The notes: generated from the sequence alone by a model not told the origin. Counted from the stretch's first letter, positions 39,820 through 49,199 are shown. The stretch: 64,000 nucleotides of DNA from an uncultured delta proteobacterium (GCA_963806225.1 CAWDXG010000001.1:160001-224000), one strand, 5' to 3'. Translations and numbers: made by a program.

Positions 39820-40374
39820 ATGCGGCTCACGCGAGCACTTGCGCTGCTTTCCGGAACGCTGCTGCTGTGCTTCTTGCCGGCGTGCGGCGCGAGCACCCAG
39901 CCGGACTCTACGCCGAAGCCGATGCCCGGCTTCCAGCTGGTCGACGTGAACCCCGCCTCCGCCACCTACCAGCAGACACTGTCGCCCGGCCATTTCAAGG
40001 GTCAGGTTTCCGCGTGGTACTTCGGTCACTCCACCTGAGGCTACTGCCGTAGCCAGTTCGGCTACCTGGACCAGCTGGAGAAGGAGCTCGACCAGAAATC
40101 CACTGCGCTGCGCGTGCAGATCCTGGGCATCGACGCGGTCGGGCTCGAGTCGGGCAACGCGGACATGACCAGCGGTCGGGTGCTGCCCTGGCTTCAGGAC
40201 ACTCCGAGCGAGGAAGTCTGGACGAAGTGGCACGTCACCTATCGCGACGTGGTGATCCTCGATCCGGACGGCTATCGCGTGGGGGTCTACAATCTGACCG
40301 AGCACGATCTGGCCGACTCAGCCAACTACGCGGCGCTGGAGCAGCGCCTGGTCGACGCGGCCAATCCGCCCTGA
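39820..40374 (+). CDS. Selenocysteine-containing thioredoxin-fold lipoprotein (UxxC), 184 aa; Sec codon TGA at 40036-40038
   Basis: ORFs 39814-40038 and 40114-40374 share a frame and are separated only by one TGA; read-through gives WYFGHST-U-GYCRSQF; lipobox LPAC. Confidence 0.85.
40049..40065 (+). promoter_or_regulatory. Candidate bacterial SECIS hairpin
   Basis: GTAGCC-agttc-GGCTAC perfect 6-bp stem; loop begins 16 nt after the UGA, with G at loop position 2. Confidence 0.6.
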
Positions 40375-40453
40375 GCGGCCGGCGCGCGCGGGCGCGTTGC
40401 GTCGCCCCCTGGTCGGCAGGCCCCCGATCGGTGCTAGGCTCCGCGCCCTCGCC

Positions 40454-41359
40454 ATGTATTTCCAGGATCTGATTCTGACGCTGCAGCGTTTCTGGGCCGA
40501 GCGCGGCTGCCTCGTGGTGCAGCCGTACAACTCCGAGCTCGGCGCCGGCACGTTCAACCCCGCCACCTTCCTGCGTTCACTCGGGCCCGAGCCGTGGAAC
40601 GTCGCCTACGTGGAGCCCTCGCGCCGCCCGACCGACGGACGCTACGGCGACAACCCCAACCGTCTGCAGCAGTTCCACCAGTTCCAGGTGATCCTCAAGC
40701 CCAATCCCAACGACATCCAGGATCAGTACCTGGAGTCGCTGGTCGCCCTCGGCACCGATCCGTTGCACCACGACGTGCGCTTCATCGAGGACGACTGGGA
40801 GAGCCCGACGCTCGGCGCCTGGGGGCTCGGCTGGCAGGTGTGGCTCGACGGGCTCGAGATCAGCCAGTTTACCTACTTCCAGCAGGTGGGCGGCTTCGAC
40901 TGCAGGCCGGTGAGCGGCGAGCTCACCTACGGCCTCGAGCGCATCGCGATGTACCTGCAGGACGTCGATAACGTCTACGACCTCCAGTACGACGCGAACG
41001 TGAAGTACGGCGAGATCTTCAAGCGCGCCGAGTGGGAGTGGAGCACGTACAACTTCGAGGAGGCGGACGTGAAGGCTCACTTCGCCGCCTTCGAGCACGC
41101 CGAGGCGGAAGCCAAGCGTCTGCTCGAGCGCGGCGAGGAGCCGCTGGAGAAGCTCGTTCTGCCCGCCTACGACATGGTCACCAAGGCGTCGCACGCTTTC
41201 AACGTGCTCGACGCGCGCGGCGCGATCGGCGTGACGGAGCGCCAGCGCTACATCCTGCGAGTGCGTACGCTGGCGCGCGCCGTCGCGGCGGCGTGGATGG
41301 CGCAGCGCGAAGCGCTGGGCTTTCCGTTGATGAAGCAGGCTTCTGAAGCCGCGGAGTAG
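40454..41359 (+). CDS. glyQ: Glycine--tRNA ligase alpha subunit
   Basis: [57 protein letters not shown]. Confidence 0.97.
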   Translation: MYFQDLILTLQRFWAERGCLVVQPYNSELGAGTFNPATFLRSLGPEPWNVAYVEPSRRPTDGRYGDNPNRLQQFHQFQVILKPNPNDIQDQYLESLVALGTDPLHHDVRFIEDDWESPTLGAWGLGWQVWLDGLEISQFTYFQQVGGFDCRPVSGELTYGLERIAMYLQDVDNVYDLQYDANVKYGEIFKRAEWEWSTYNFEEADVKAHFAAFEHAEAEAKRLLERGEEPLEKLVLPAYDMVTKASHAFNVLDARGAIGVTERQRYILRVRTLARAVAAAWMAQREALGFPLMKQASEAAE

Positions 41360-41361
41360 GC

Positions 41362-42027
41362 GTGCGGCGCGCGCTCCTGTCGTTGCTCCTGGTGGCGCCG
41401 CTCTGGGGATGCTCGTCGTCCTCGTCCGGAAGCCCGCACACGACGAGCGAAGCGGGCTCCGGATCGGGCGTCATCGACGGAGGCCCCGGCGGCGTGAAGA
41501 ACGTCGTCGTGACGCACCCGTCGGCGCCGCCCATCGCACCGGCCAGCGAGTGCACCGTGACCACGGAGGAGGCGAGCTACACCGAAGGGCCGCACGTCCC
41601 GGTCTGTTCGACCATTGCCTATCCGCACAACCCGCCCATGACGGGCGCGCACTATCCGGTCTGGGCCGACTACAAGGAGTACGACGCGCCCGTGCCGTGG
41701 GGCTTCCTTGTGCATTCGATGGAGCACGGCGGCGTGGTGCTCGCCTATAGCTGCACGAACTGCTCCGGGGTGCGCAACGCCTTCGAGAACATTGCCGCTC
41801 TGCTGCCGGCCGACCCGCTCTGCGCGGCGGGCCAGCACCGCGTCGTGATCGTACCCGCGCCGGATCTGGACGTGCCGATCGCTGCGATCGCGTGGGGCAC
41901 CGTCTACAAGGCAACGTGCCTGGACGTGTCGTCGCTGACGAAATGGGTGACGGATCACTACGCCCACGGCGGCGAGGACACCTGCGCGCCGGGGGATGAT
42001 CGGTCTGCGCAGGGATGGTGCCCCTGA
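41362..42027 (+). CDS. DUF3105 domain lipoprotein
   Basis: Lipobox LWGC; Y.HNPP.TG.HY, VHSMEHGGV, IAW. Confidence 0.85.
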   Translation: MRRALLSLLLVAPLWGCSSSSSGSPHTTSEAGSGSGVIDGGPGGVKNVVVTHPSAPPIAPASECTVTTEEASYTEGPHVPVCSTIAYPHNPPMTGAHYPVWADYKEYDAPVPWGFLVHSMEHGGVVLAYSCTNCSGVRNAFENIAALLPADPLCAAGQHRVVIVPAPDLDVPIAAIAWGTVYKATCLDVSSLTKWVTDHYAHGGEDTCAPGDDRSAQGWCP

Positions 42028-42059
42028 GCCTGGCGCCTGCGCCGCGCCCGCCAGCAGGT

Positions 42060-42313
42060 CGTCGACGCCCATCACGTTGGTGCCCGGATTCAACACCGGC
42101 GCGGATGACCTGGGCGCGACCGCGCGCTTCCTGCGTCGCATGCCGCGCGTCCCGGGCGTGACGCTCCAGCCGTTCCACCGGCTCGCGGCGGGCAAGGCAG
42201 GACTCCACGGAGCGCCGTACGCCTACGCGGCCGTCGCGCCGCCGGGCAAAGCGGAGATGGAAGCCGCGGCGCAGCTGCTCGAGGACGAAGGCGTGCGGCT
42301 GACGCGCGCGTGA
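42060..42313 (+). pseudogene. C-terminal fragment of a glycyl-radical enzyme activating protein
   Basis: LVPGFN...LQPFHRL..GK....G..Y matches the PflA-like C-terminus; no CxxxCxxC upstream. Confidence 0.6.
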
Positions 42314-42401
42314 ACCCTGGCGGCGTCGCGTGCGACGACTGATTGGCAGATCGCATTCCGGCGCCGCGACGGCCCGACGACGATGCTAGTCTGACTGCCC
42401 C

Positions 42402-43988
42402 ATGCGCCTTCGCTCGCCGCACTACCTGTTGCCGCTCGCCAGCGTCGCACTCTTCGCAGCCTGCAGCGGCGCAGGAGGAACCTCCGGTCCCGCTGCGGGC
42501 GGCAGCGGCGGCGCGGGCGGCAGTAACGCGGGCGGCAGCGGCGGCGCGGGCGGCAGCGGCGGCCAGACGCCGGATGGCGGCGGAGGCACCGCAGGGAGCG
42601 GCGGTGCGGCCGCGACCGATGCCGGGAAGGACGCGCCGCCGAGCGACGGCGCTTGCGCGCCGGTCACCGCCGCGCCCGACGTCGACCCGTGGTCGATGCG
42701 CCAGAAGGCGGCGGGCTTCGGCGGCATCCACACGTCGACCTCCGGTGGGCACACCGACGTGTTCCTGTCGAGTCCGACCGACCTCATCCGCATCGGCGTG
42801 CGGCTGGAGTGGGGCGGGACGGTCGTGTTCTTCGGCCTCACCGGAAACGCGGGCTCGAACGTGATCGACGCGAACGATACCGGCCGCGAGTTGCAGATCG
42901 CGCTCTACGATCCGACGCGCGCCCACCAACCGTGCGCCGCGACGGCCACCTGCGTCAGCAATCCGGCATCGTGCGGCAACTCGATCACGTTCCTGGGCTG
43001 GAACCCGGTGCAGGGCGGCGACGAGTGCGGCCACGGGGCGAAGGTGATCTCGCATGGCCAGGTGGGCAACGCGCTCGAGGTCTTGGTGCAGCCCTTGCAG
43101 TGGAACCCTGACTGGAACAAGCCGGACTGCACGCAGTCTTCGTGTGGCACGTCCGGTCTTCCGGTGGGTGTCCGCTACAGGATAGATTTCCGGTTCTTGA
43201 CCGAGCATGTGGTCGAGGTCGCTACCGAGGTCATCAGCCAGGAGTCGTTCAGCCATCCCGTCACCGGGCAGGAGTGGCCGACGCTGTACGTCTCGCACGG
43301 CTCGTCCGGGCCGGACCTGCCCGTGCTGCTCGACGCCGGGGGCAAGGTCATCAACATCAGCCAGCCCGGCAACGACGGCTTCCTGTACCAGAACTTCACT
43401 TCGCCCGCGCCCTGGGTCTCCTGGCAGAACACGAACAAGGACTACGGTGTGGGGCTCGCGATGGACCAGGGCACCACGGCCTTCCAGGGCTGGCGCGGTG
43501 ACGGCACGAACGCGCCGTACTTCCACAACGTGCGCGCGCAGGTCTCGTTCGGGATCGACGCGGGCAAGACGCTGCACGGCATCGCGTATCTCGCGCTCGG
43601 CTCGTTTGCCACGGTCAAGAGCGAGCTCGACGGCGTGCTGAAGAAGCGCGGCCCGTTCGGCGTGGTGGACGCGCCCGCGGCGGGCTCGCCGCTTGCCTAC
43701 AAGCCTGGCGCGAGCATCCCGGTGCGCGGCTGGGTGCTCGACAACGGCGCCGTCGGGAATGTCCACGTGCAGATCGACGGCGCCGACGCCGCGACGATCC
43801 CGGTGAAGGCCAGCCGCCCCGACGTCTGCGCGGTGTACCCCGCGTACGCCTCGTGCCCAGGTGTGGGCTACGACGGAACGGTCGACACCACGGGCCTGGG
43901 CGGGTGCAACCACCTCTTGCGCGTCGTGGCTACCGACGCCGACGGAAACCAGCGGACCCTCGGCGAGCGCGTGATCGCACCCCAGTGA
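42402..43988 (+). CDS. Hypothetical lipoprotein, beta-sandwich core plus Ig-like C-terminal domain
   Basis: Lipobox FAAC, Gly linker, WGG...NVIDANDTGRELQ...WNPVQGGD, then VRGWVLD...RPDV...H.LRVVA.D. Confidence 0.7.
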   Translation: MRLRSPHYLLPLASVALFAACSGAGGTSGPAAGGSGGAGGSNAGGSGGAGGSGGQTPDGGGGTAGSGGAAATDAGKDAPPSDGACAPVTAAPDVDPWSMRQKAAGFGGIHTSTSGGHTDVFLSSPTDLIRIGVRLEWGGTVVFFGLTGNAGSNVIDANDTGRELQIALYDPTRAHQPCAATATCVSNPASCGNSITFLGWNPVQGGDECGHGAKVISHGQVGNALEVLVQPLQWNPDWNKPDCTQSSCGTSGLPVGVRYRIDFRFLTEHVVEVATEVISQESFSHPVTGQEWPTLYVSHGSSGPDLPVLLDAGGKVINISQPGNDGFLYQNFTSPAPWVSWQNTNKDYGVGLAMDQGTTAFQGWRGDGTNAPYFHNVRAQVSFGIDAGKTLHGIAYLALGSFATVKSELDGVLKKRGPFGVVDAPAAGSPLAYKPGASIPVRGWVLDNGAVGNVHVQIDGADAATIPVKASRPDVCAVYPAYASCPGVGYDGTVDTTGLGGCNHLLRVVATDADGNQRTLGERVIAPQ

Positions 43989-44003
43989 CGAGGCGCCGCC
44001 GCG

Positions 44004-44644
44004 CTACTCCGCCCCCAGCCAGTCCAGCGCGCGCTCGACGATCAGCTCCTGCGAGGCGAGCAGATCATGAACGTCGTCGACCTCGATGAGCCCGACGTTG
44101 TCGTGCTCGGCGGCGTAGCGCCGCGAGCCGTCGATGAGCACGGTCGGGTCGCGCGTGCCATGGATGATCAGCGTCGGGCAGGACACGGACGGCCAGGCCG
44201 GCTCCTCGCGCGACTCCTTGTAGAAGCGGTAGTGCACACGTGTGGGCGTGCCCGCGCTGTCCGGCATCAAAAGCGAGCCGTCGCGCTGCCACTTGTCCAT
44301 GGCGCCCGGTAAAAGCAGCTCGGGCCAGCGGCTCGCCAGAATCGAACGCCGGGCAGAGCAACAGCAGGCGAGCCACGCGCGCCGGGTGGAGCTCCGCCCA
44401 GCGCGCCGCCAGCCATCCGCCCAGGCTGGAGCCGACGAAGCCCCAGCCCTGCTCGTCGCCACGCTCGGCGTCGAGCTTGTCGAGCACGCCGAGCATCGCT
44501 CGCGGACTGAGCTCCGCGAACGAAGGTGCATTCAGAATCCGGCTTTAGCAGCTCGAGCCCCGCGGACTCGAACGCCTGGCAGAGGAGCAGCCCCTTCTTC
44601 GACAGCGGGCTGCCCCCGAAGCCGTGCAGGTAGGCGCGACGCAC
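44004..44644 (-). CDS. YqiA/YcfP-type alpha/beta hydrolase, split by two frameshifts (~44536, ~44340)
   Basis: YLHGF, GSSLGG, IIHGTRD, DDVH distributed over three frames. Confidence 0.8.
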
Positions 44645-44695
44645 GAGAGCCGGCGTAGCAGCGCGTTGCGGCGGCGCCAAGCTCGCGCCGGGGCG

Positions 44696-46670
44696 CTACC
44701 TCGGCGCCGACAGTCCGAGCCCGAGCCCGGCTCCAGCGCCCAGTGACGGAACCGCTCCGCCCGGCGCCCTGGCGCCGCCGGCCCGGGCTTTGGCGGCTTC
44801 CTTCTTCATGCGTTCGAGCGCGGCGGCCGCGTCTTTCTTCACCTTCTTCACGATGGCTGGCGGCAGGTGCTTCTGCATCGCGCACGCCGGGGGGAAGCCG
44901 GCCTGGCACGCGCCCACGATGAAGCTCGCGCCGCGCTCCAGGTTGCGTTTGACGCCGCGGCCCTGGATGTTGGCGATGCCCGCGAGCAGGCACGACTGCG
45001 CGCCACCCTGGGCGCAGAGCGACTCGGCGAGCTGTACGCCGTCCTTCTCCTTGTCCTTCCCGCCGGCGCCGAGCAGCATCGCGCGCGCGTACATGGAGCA
45101 ACCGCGCAATGAGCCCATCTGCTTGCAGGAGGCTTCGAGCAGCTTCAGGCCTTTCTGCATGTCCTTCTTCACGCCCTGGCCGTCGGCCATCTGGGCGCCA
45201 TAGAACGCGCAGCCGTCGCCGTCGCCGCCGTCGCAGGCCTGCTTGAAGGAGCGGGCCGCGGCTTCGGGATCCGGCTTTCCCTGGACGCCCTGCATCTGCA
45301 GCGTGCCCAGCATGCTGCAGCCCTGCGGGCTGCCGCTGTTGCATGCTTTGGTGACCCGGCGGAGCGCATCGGCGGGATCCTTCTTGATCGAACCTACGCC
45401 CTGCATCTCCAGCATCGCCAGCTGCGTGCAGCCTGCGGCGCTGCCCTTGTCGCAGGCGTTCTTGATCAGCTCGGCGCCCCGCGTTGGATCGCGCTTTTCG
45501 CCAAGCTGGCCCGCGATCATCGCGCTTCCGATCGCGACACAGCCCTCGGGCAGTCCGTTGTCGCAGGCGCGGTGGAACAAGGCCCGGCGGCCTTGGCCGG
45601 GTCCGGCTCCACGCCCTGCCCGGCGGTGTACAGCTGGGCGAGCATGGCGCAGCCGGCCGGCGGCGCGTCGTCGCAGGCACGCTTGAGCAGCGTCACGGCG
45701 CCCGGCCAGATCGCGCTTCGCCGCCGCGGCCGCTGAGGTGCGCCACCGCCAGGTACACGCAGGCGTCCTTCGCGTCGCCTTCGCACGACTTCTTGAACAG
45801 CTTCACCGCGGCGGCTGCGTCGCGCTTCACGCCGCCCTGCCCGTCGAACATCATCACGCCCTGGCCCAGGCAGCCGCGATCGATGCCCTTCTTGCAGCTC
45901 GAGCTCGAACAGCGAGTAGGCGCGCGTCGGGTCCTTCTCCACGCCGACGCCGTTGAGGTAGGCGATGGCGAGCGACGAGCAGCCACGCTGCTCGCCCGCC
46001 TTGCACGACTTCTTGAACAGCTTGACGCCGCGCTTCGCGTCTTTCTTCACGCCGCCCTGCCCGACCAGCAGCAGGTGTCCGTAGCCGGCGCAGCCGAGCT
46101 GCGTTACCGTTCTTGCAGGACTTGTCGAAGTTGACGGCGGCGGCCTGCAGGTCGCGCGGGATGCCGGTGCCGTTGTACTGCGCGCGGCCGAGCTTGGCGC
46201 AGCCCTCGTAGTTCTTCGCCTCGCAGGCTTTGCGGATACAGCGACACGGCCTCGCGGTCGTCGCGCCGTCGGAGTCGTCGCCGGAAGACAGCTTGTCGGC
46301 CAGGCGCAGGCAGGCGCGGATGTCGGCCGGCGATGCGGTCGCAGAGCGTGCGGCAGGCCGAGCGCTCGGAGTGCTTGCACGCCTCGTGCAGCGCCTGCTC
46401 GGCGTGAGCGAGCCGTTGCTTGCGCAGCCGGAAGATAGCCGAAGCCGCGCCGGCCACGAGCACGACCGCGCCGACGATGTACCAGAGCAGTCTCGAGCTC
46501 CCGGAGCTGGCGGAGTCGTTGTCTCCGGCGGGCCGCTGGCGGCGCGGCTTGTCCCGCTTGTCGCGCGGGGCCGACTTGTCCGGCGTTGCTTCCGGCTCGT
46601 CAGGCGTTTCCGGCTCGTCAGGCGTTTCCGGCTCGTCAGGCGTTTCCGGCTCGTCGGAGGGAGAAGACAC
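44696..46670 (-). CDS. Membrane-anchored Sel1-like (Cys-rich TPR) repeat protein with multiple frameshifts
   Basis: Repeated AC..G...GC..LG....G.GV.KD units across ORFs 46104-46787, 45517-46380, 45693-45986 and 44696-45580. Confidence 0.8.
46590..46655 (-). repeat. 18-bp tandem repeat x3.7 (PDEPET)
   Basis: ttccggctcgtcaggcgt units at 46590, 46608 and 46626, plus a partial unit. Confidence 0.9.
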
Positions 46671-46781
46671 GGGGGCGCAGCCTAGCGGCGGCAGGCTCGA
46701 ACGCGAGCACATTCTGGCCGCCATTCCGATTTTCCGGCCGCCGCGCCAGGCCCCGCCGCGGGCCACGGCCAACGTCCGTCC

Positions 46782-46796
46782 CGGCACGCCCGATGC
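46782..46796 (+). promoter_or_regulatory. Putative sigma54 promoter
   Basis: CGGCACGcccgATGC (GG-N10-GC) shortly upstream of a strong SD. Confidence 0.5.
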
Positions 46797-46824
46797 ATCG
46801 ACCCTTCAGAAAGGAGAAGGAAAG

Positions 46825-46974
46825 ATGCCGACAGGAGTCGGAACAAACCAGATGGATCCCGGCGGACCCATCCCGCAAGCGCCGAAGTCGCCCGTGCCCT
46901 GGATGACCTGGGTGTGGATCGCGTTCCTCGTGATGGTCGTGGTGCTGACCGTGGTTGGGTTCATCCTGATGTGA
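46825..46974 (+). CDS. 49-aa single-pass membrane protein
   Basis: AAAGGAGAAGGAAAG-ATG; Pro-rich N-terminus then a C-terminal TM helix. Confidence 0.7.
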   Translation: MPTGVGTNQMDPGGPIPQAPKSPVPWMTWVWIAFLVMVVVLTVVGFILM

Positions 46975-47138
46975 TCACCGGGGCAGATCGCGGCGATCTC
47001 CGCGCGCGGCGCGGCGATGCGCCACGAATCCACAGGAGCGGGACAACCTGCGCGAAGGGGTTGCGCGCGGCTCCAGGCGTTGACGAATCCATTGCGGTGC
47101 GCGGCTCTCGTTCCTCCCGCCCAGCGATGAATGCACCG

Positions 47139-47446
47139 TCAGAACCCACTCACGATCCGGTCCTGCCGAGCTGGCTGCTGGACGCGCCGGTCCGCAGATC
47201 CGTCGAGAGCTGCGTAGCGAGCTCGAGATTGTCGCGCACCACCCAGTGGTAGCCGACGGCGAGTCCGCTCCACGGAAGGCCCCCGGTGTGCTCGAAGAGC
47301 TGCTGTCCGTCGACGACCCGGGTGTAGAGGCCGAGGTTCATGGCCTGCGGATCGGCGGGCAGCCCCGCCAGGCGCAGACACAAGCCTGCGCCCAATCCGT
47401 CGGGGGCCGCATGCAGCGGCTGATCGACCGGGCCCGGCGCCCCCAC
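47139..47446 (-). pseudogene. Possible C-terminal relic of a beta-barrel protein
   Basis: Amphipathic strands (GLAVGYHWVVRDNLELATQLS); a shifted frame ends IVSGF-stop; no convincing start. Confidence 0.25.
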
Positions 47447-47486
47447 GTGCAGCTCGGCCGTGGCGCGCCCGCGGCACCGGCGCCCT

Positions 47487-48302
47487 TCACTTCGCTGTCG
47501 CGTACTGCTCGACGAGCTGCCGCGCGGTGACGAAGCGGACGGCCGAGCCCCGGTTCTGGAGCTCGTCGACGAGCCCTGTGAACGCGCCCCACCAGCCCGT
47601 CTCGTCGCCGGGATAGGTCGTTCCCGGGTGCCACTCGAAGATCAGCGGCTCGCCGGTCTTCAGGTGGATGTCGATCGCCTTCTTCTCGTACTCGAGCAGC
47701 TCGTCGGGCGTCATCATGTCCTGGCAGGCGTTGTCACACATGGACGACGTCTCGCCGTAGTAGACGACGATCGGCATCGGCAGCACGGCGAACGAATGCC
47801 CCTGCAAGGCGTATGGCTTGAACCTGTAGACGGAGAATCGTTCTGCGCGAGCGCTCCGCTCGAGATAGTCGAAGCCCTTCTCGTCCATTAGCTCGTAGGT
47901 GTCCTGGTTCGCCGTGAAGCGATTCGCGCGGAAGCCGGTGACGGTCCCCGCGCCGCAGCGCGAGCCCGCCTGCGCGATGGCATCCATCTCGGCTTCCTGC
48001 TCCCTGCGGGTTGTCTCGTCGTCGATGTTGGTCGGGTACTTGCCGGCGATCTCGTAGCCCTGCTGCGCCCAGGTTCCGACGGAGCCGCAGGCGGCGTCGA
48101 TCTCGGCGCCGTTCAACCAGACGGTCGCGACGATCCCGCGCTTGTGTAGCTCGTTCATCATCGGCTGGATGTTGTCGGTTCCCGTCACCTGGATGTTCAC
48201 TTCCAGACGCGCCGGGAATTCCACCACCGTCGCGTCCGTCCCGCAGGCCGCGGCAGCGAACAATGCACCGGCAAGCAGGACGCCGTGTCTTGCGCGCATC
48301 AT
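47487..48302 (-). CDS. Polysaccharide deacetylase-like (NodB/CE4 fold) lipoprotein, degenerate active site
   Basis: Lipobox AAAC, GIVATVW, GYEIA, GFRA, GFDY, FEWHP; SD GGAG. Confidence 0.65.
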   Translation of the reverse strand: MMRARHGVLLAGALFAAAACGTDATVVEFPARLEVNIQVTGTDNIQPMMNELHKRGIVATVWLNGAEIDAACGSVGTWAQQGYEIAGKYPTNIDDETTRREQEAEMDAIAQAGSRCGAGTVTGFRANRFTANQDTYELMDEKGFDYLERSARAERFSVYRFKPYALQGHSFAVLPMPIVVYYGETSSMCDNACQDMMTPDELLEYEKKAIDIHLKTGEPLIFEWHPGTTYPGDETGWWGAFTGLVDELQNRGSAVRFVTARQLVEQYATAK

Positions 48303-48470
48303 GTCGTCTCCCTCCCTGCAGGAAACGGAAGCACCCGACGTGCCACCCTCCGGCGGAAGTCACGGGACAATCCACAACCGGCGGACAAGCTGTGCGAAGC
48401 GCTTGCGCGCCCGCATGACTGCCGACGAATTTGTTGCGGCGCCGCCGCTGCGATCGCGCGGGCGCTCTGC

Positions 48471-48485
48471 TGGCACGCTCCGTGC
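48471..48485 (+). promoter_or_regulatory. Putative sigma54 promoter
   Basis: TGGCACGctccGTGC (GG-N10-GC). Confidence 0.55.
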
Positions 48486-48513
48486 GTCCTGCCGTCACGA
48501 AAGGACAGCTGCC

Positions 48514-48945
48514 ATGTCGGTGCTAGAGGACAGGGAGTCGCAGGCGCTGCGCGACGCACTGGAGGACGAGTACCAGGCGTGGGCGACCTACGACCAGGTC
48601 ATCCGCGACTTCGGTCCGGAGCGGCCGTTCATCAACATCCGCGAATCCGAAGCGCGCCACATCGCAGCGCTGCGCGCGCTGTTCGACCGCTACGACCTGG
48701 ACGTGCCGGACAACACGTGGCCCGGTCGCGTCCCGCGTTTCGCGAGCCTCCGTCAGGCATGCGAAGCCGGCATCGAGGCAGAGGTCGCGAATGCCGCTCT
48801 CTACCAGCGGCTGATGCAGAGCACGACCCGGCCCGACATCCACGCCGTGTACGAGAACCTGCGTCGCGCCTCCCAGGAGCGGCATCTCCGCGCCTTCCAG
48901 CGCTGTGCGAGCCGCGGGCCTCGACGCCATGCCAGGCGACCCTGA
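48514..48945 (+). CDS. Ferritin-like domain protein (DUF2202-type)
   Basis: DEYQA.ATY, PFINI.ESEARH, E..N..LY, AS.ERHL.AF. Confidence 0.85.
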   Translation: MSVLEDRESQALRDALEDEYQAWATYDQVIRDFGPERPFINIRESEARHIAALRALFDRYDLDVPDNTWPGRVPRFASLRQACEAGIEAEVANAALYQRLMQSTTRPDIHAVYENLRRASQERHLRAFQRCASRGPRRHARRP

Positions 48946-49199
48946 CGTTGGAGGTGCAGCGCCCGGCCGCGCCGCCGATCGCATGTGGGACGGCCTGATC
49001 GCCCCGTCCGACAGCGCGTGGGCGAAGGGCGCGAACGTGCTGGCCGACGCGCCGCTGACCCAACGCGCGCTGTCCGGAGAGAAGAGTATCCCGCCTTCTT
49101 CGGGCTCGACATGGCTACTTCTTCCCCTCCGCCCTGTTCTCGAAGGGCAACAGCTTGCGCATGGATAGCTGGGTGTCGCGGAACGGGCGCTCCTTCTTC

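Noticed and set aside
40036..40038. Genome-wide UGA reassignment (code 4/25) as the explanation for the in-frame TGA
   Set aside because: TGA ends many conserved genes here at their expected C-termini (dps, xfp, sigJ, mutS2) and Trp is encoded by TGG
46590..46655. 18-bp repeats (and 15-bp repeats at 28163) as a CRISPR array
   Set aside because: No spacers, lengths are multiples of 3, inside coding linkers, no cas genes
47127..47252. Short plus-strand ORF MNAPSEPTHDPVLPSWLL...
   Set aside because: No SD or leaderless signal, no motif, and it overlaps a more protein-like minus-strand relic
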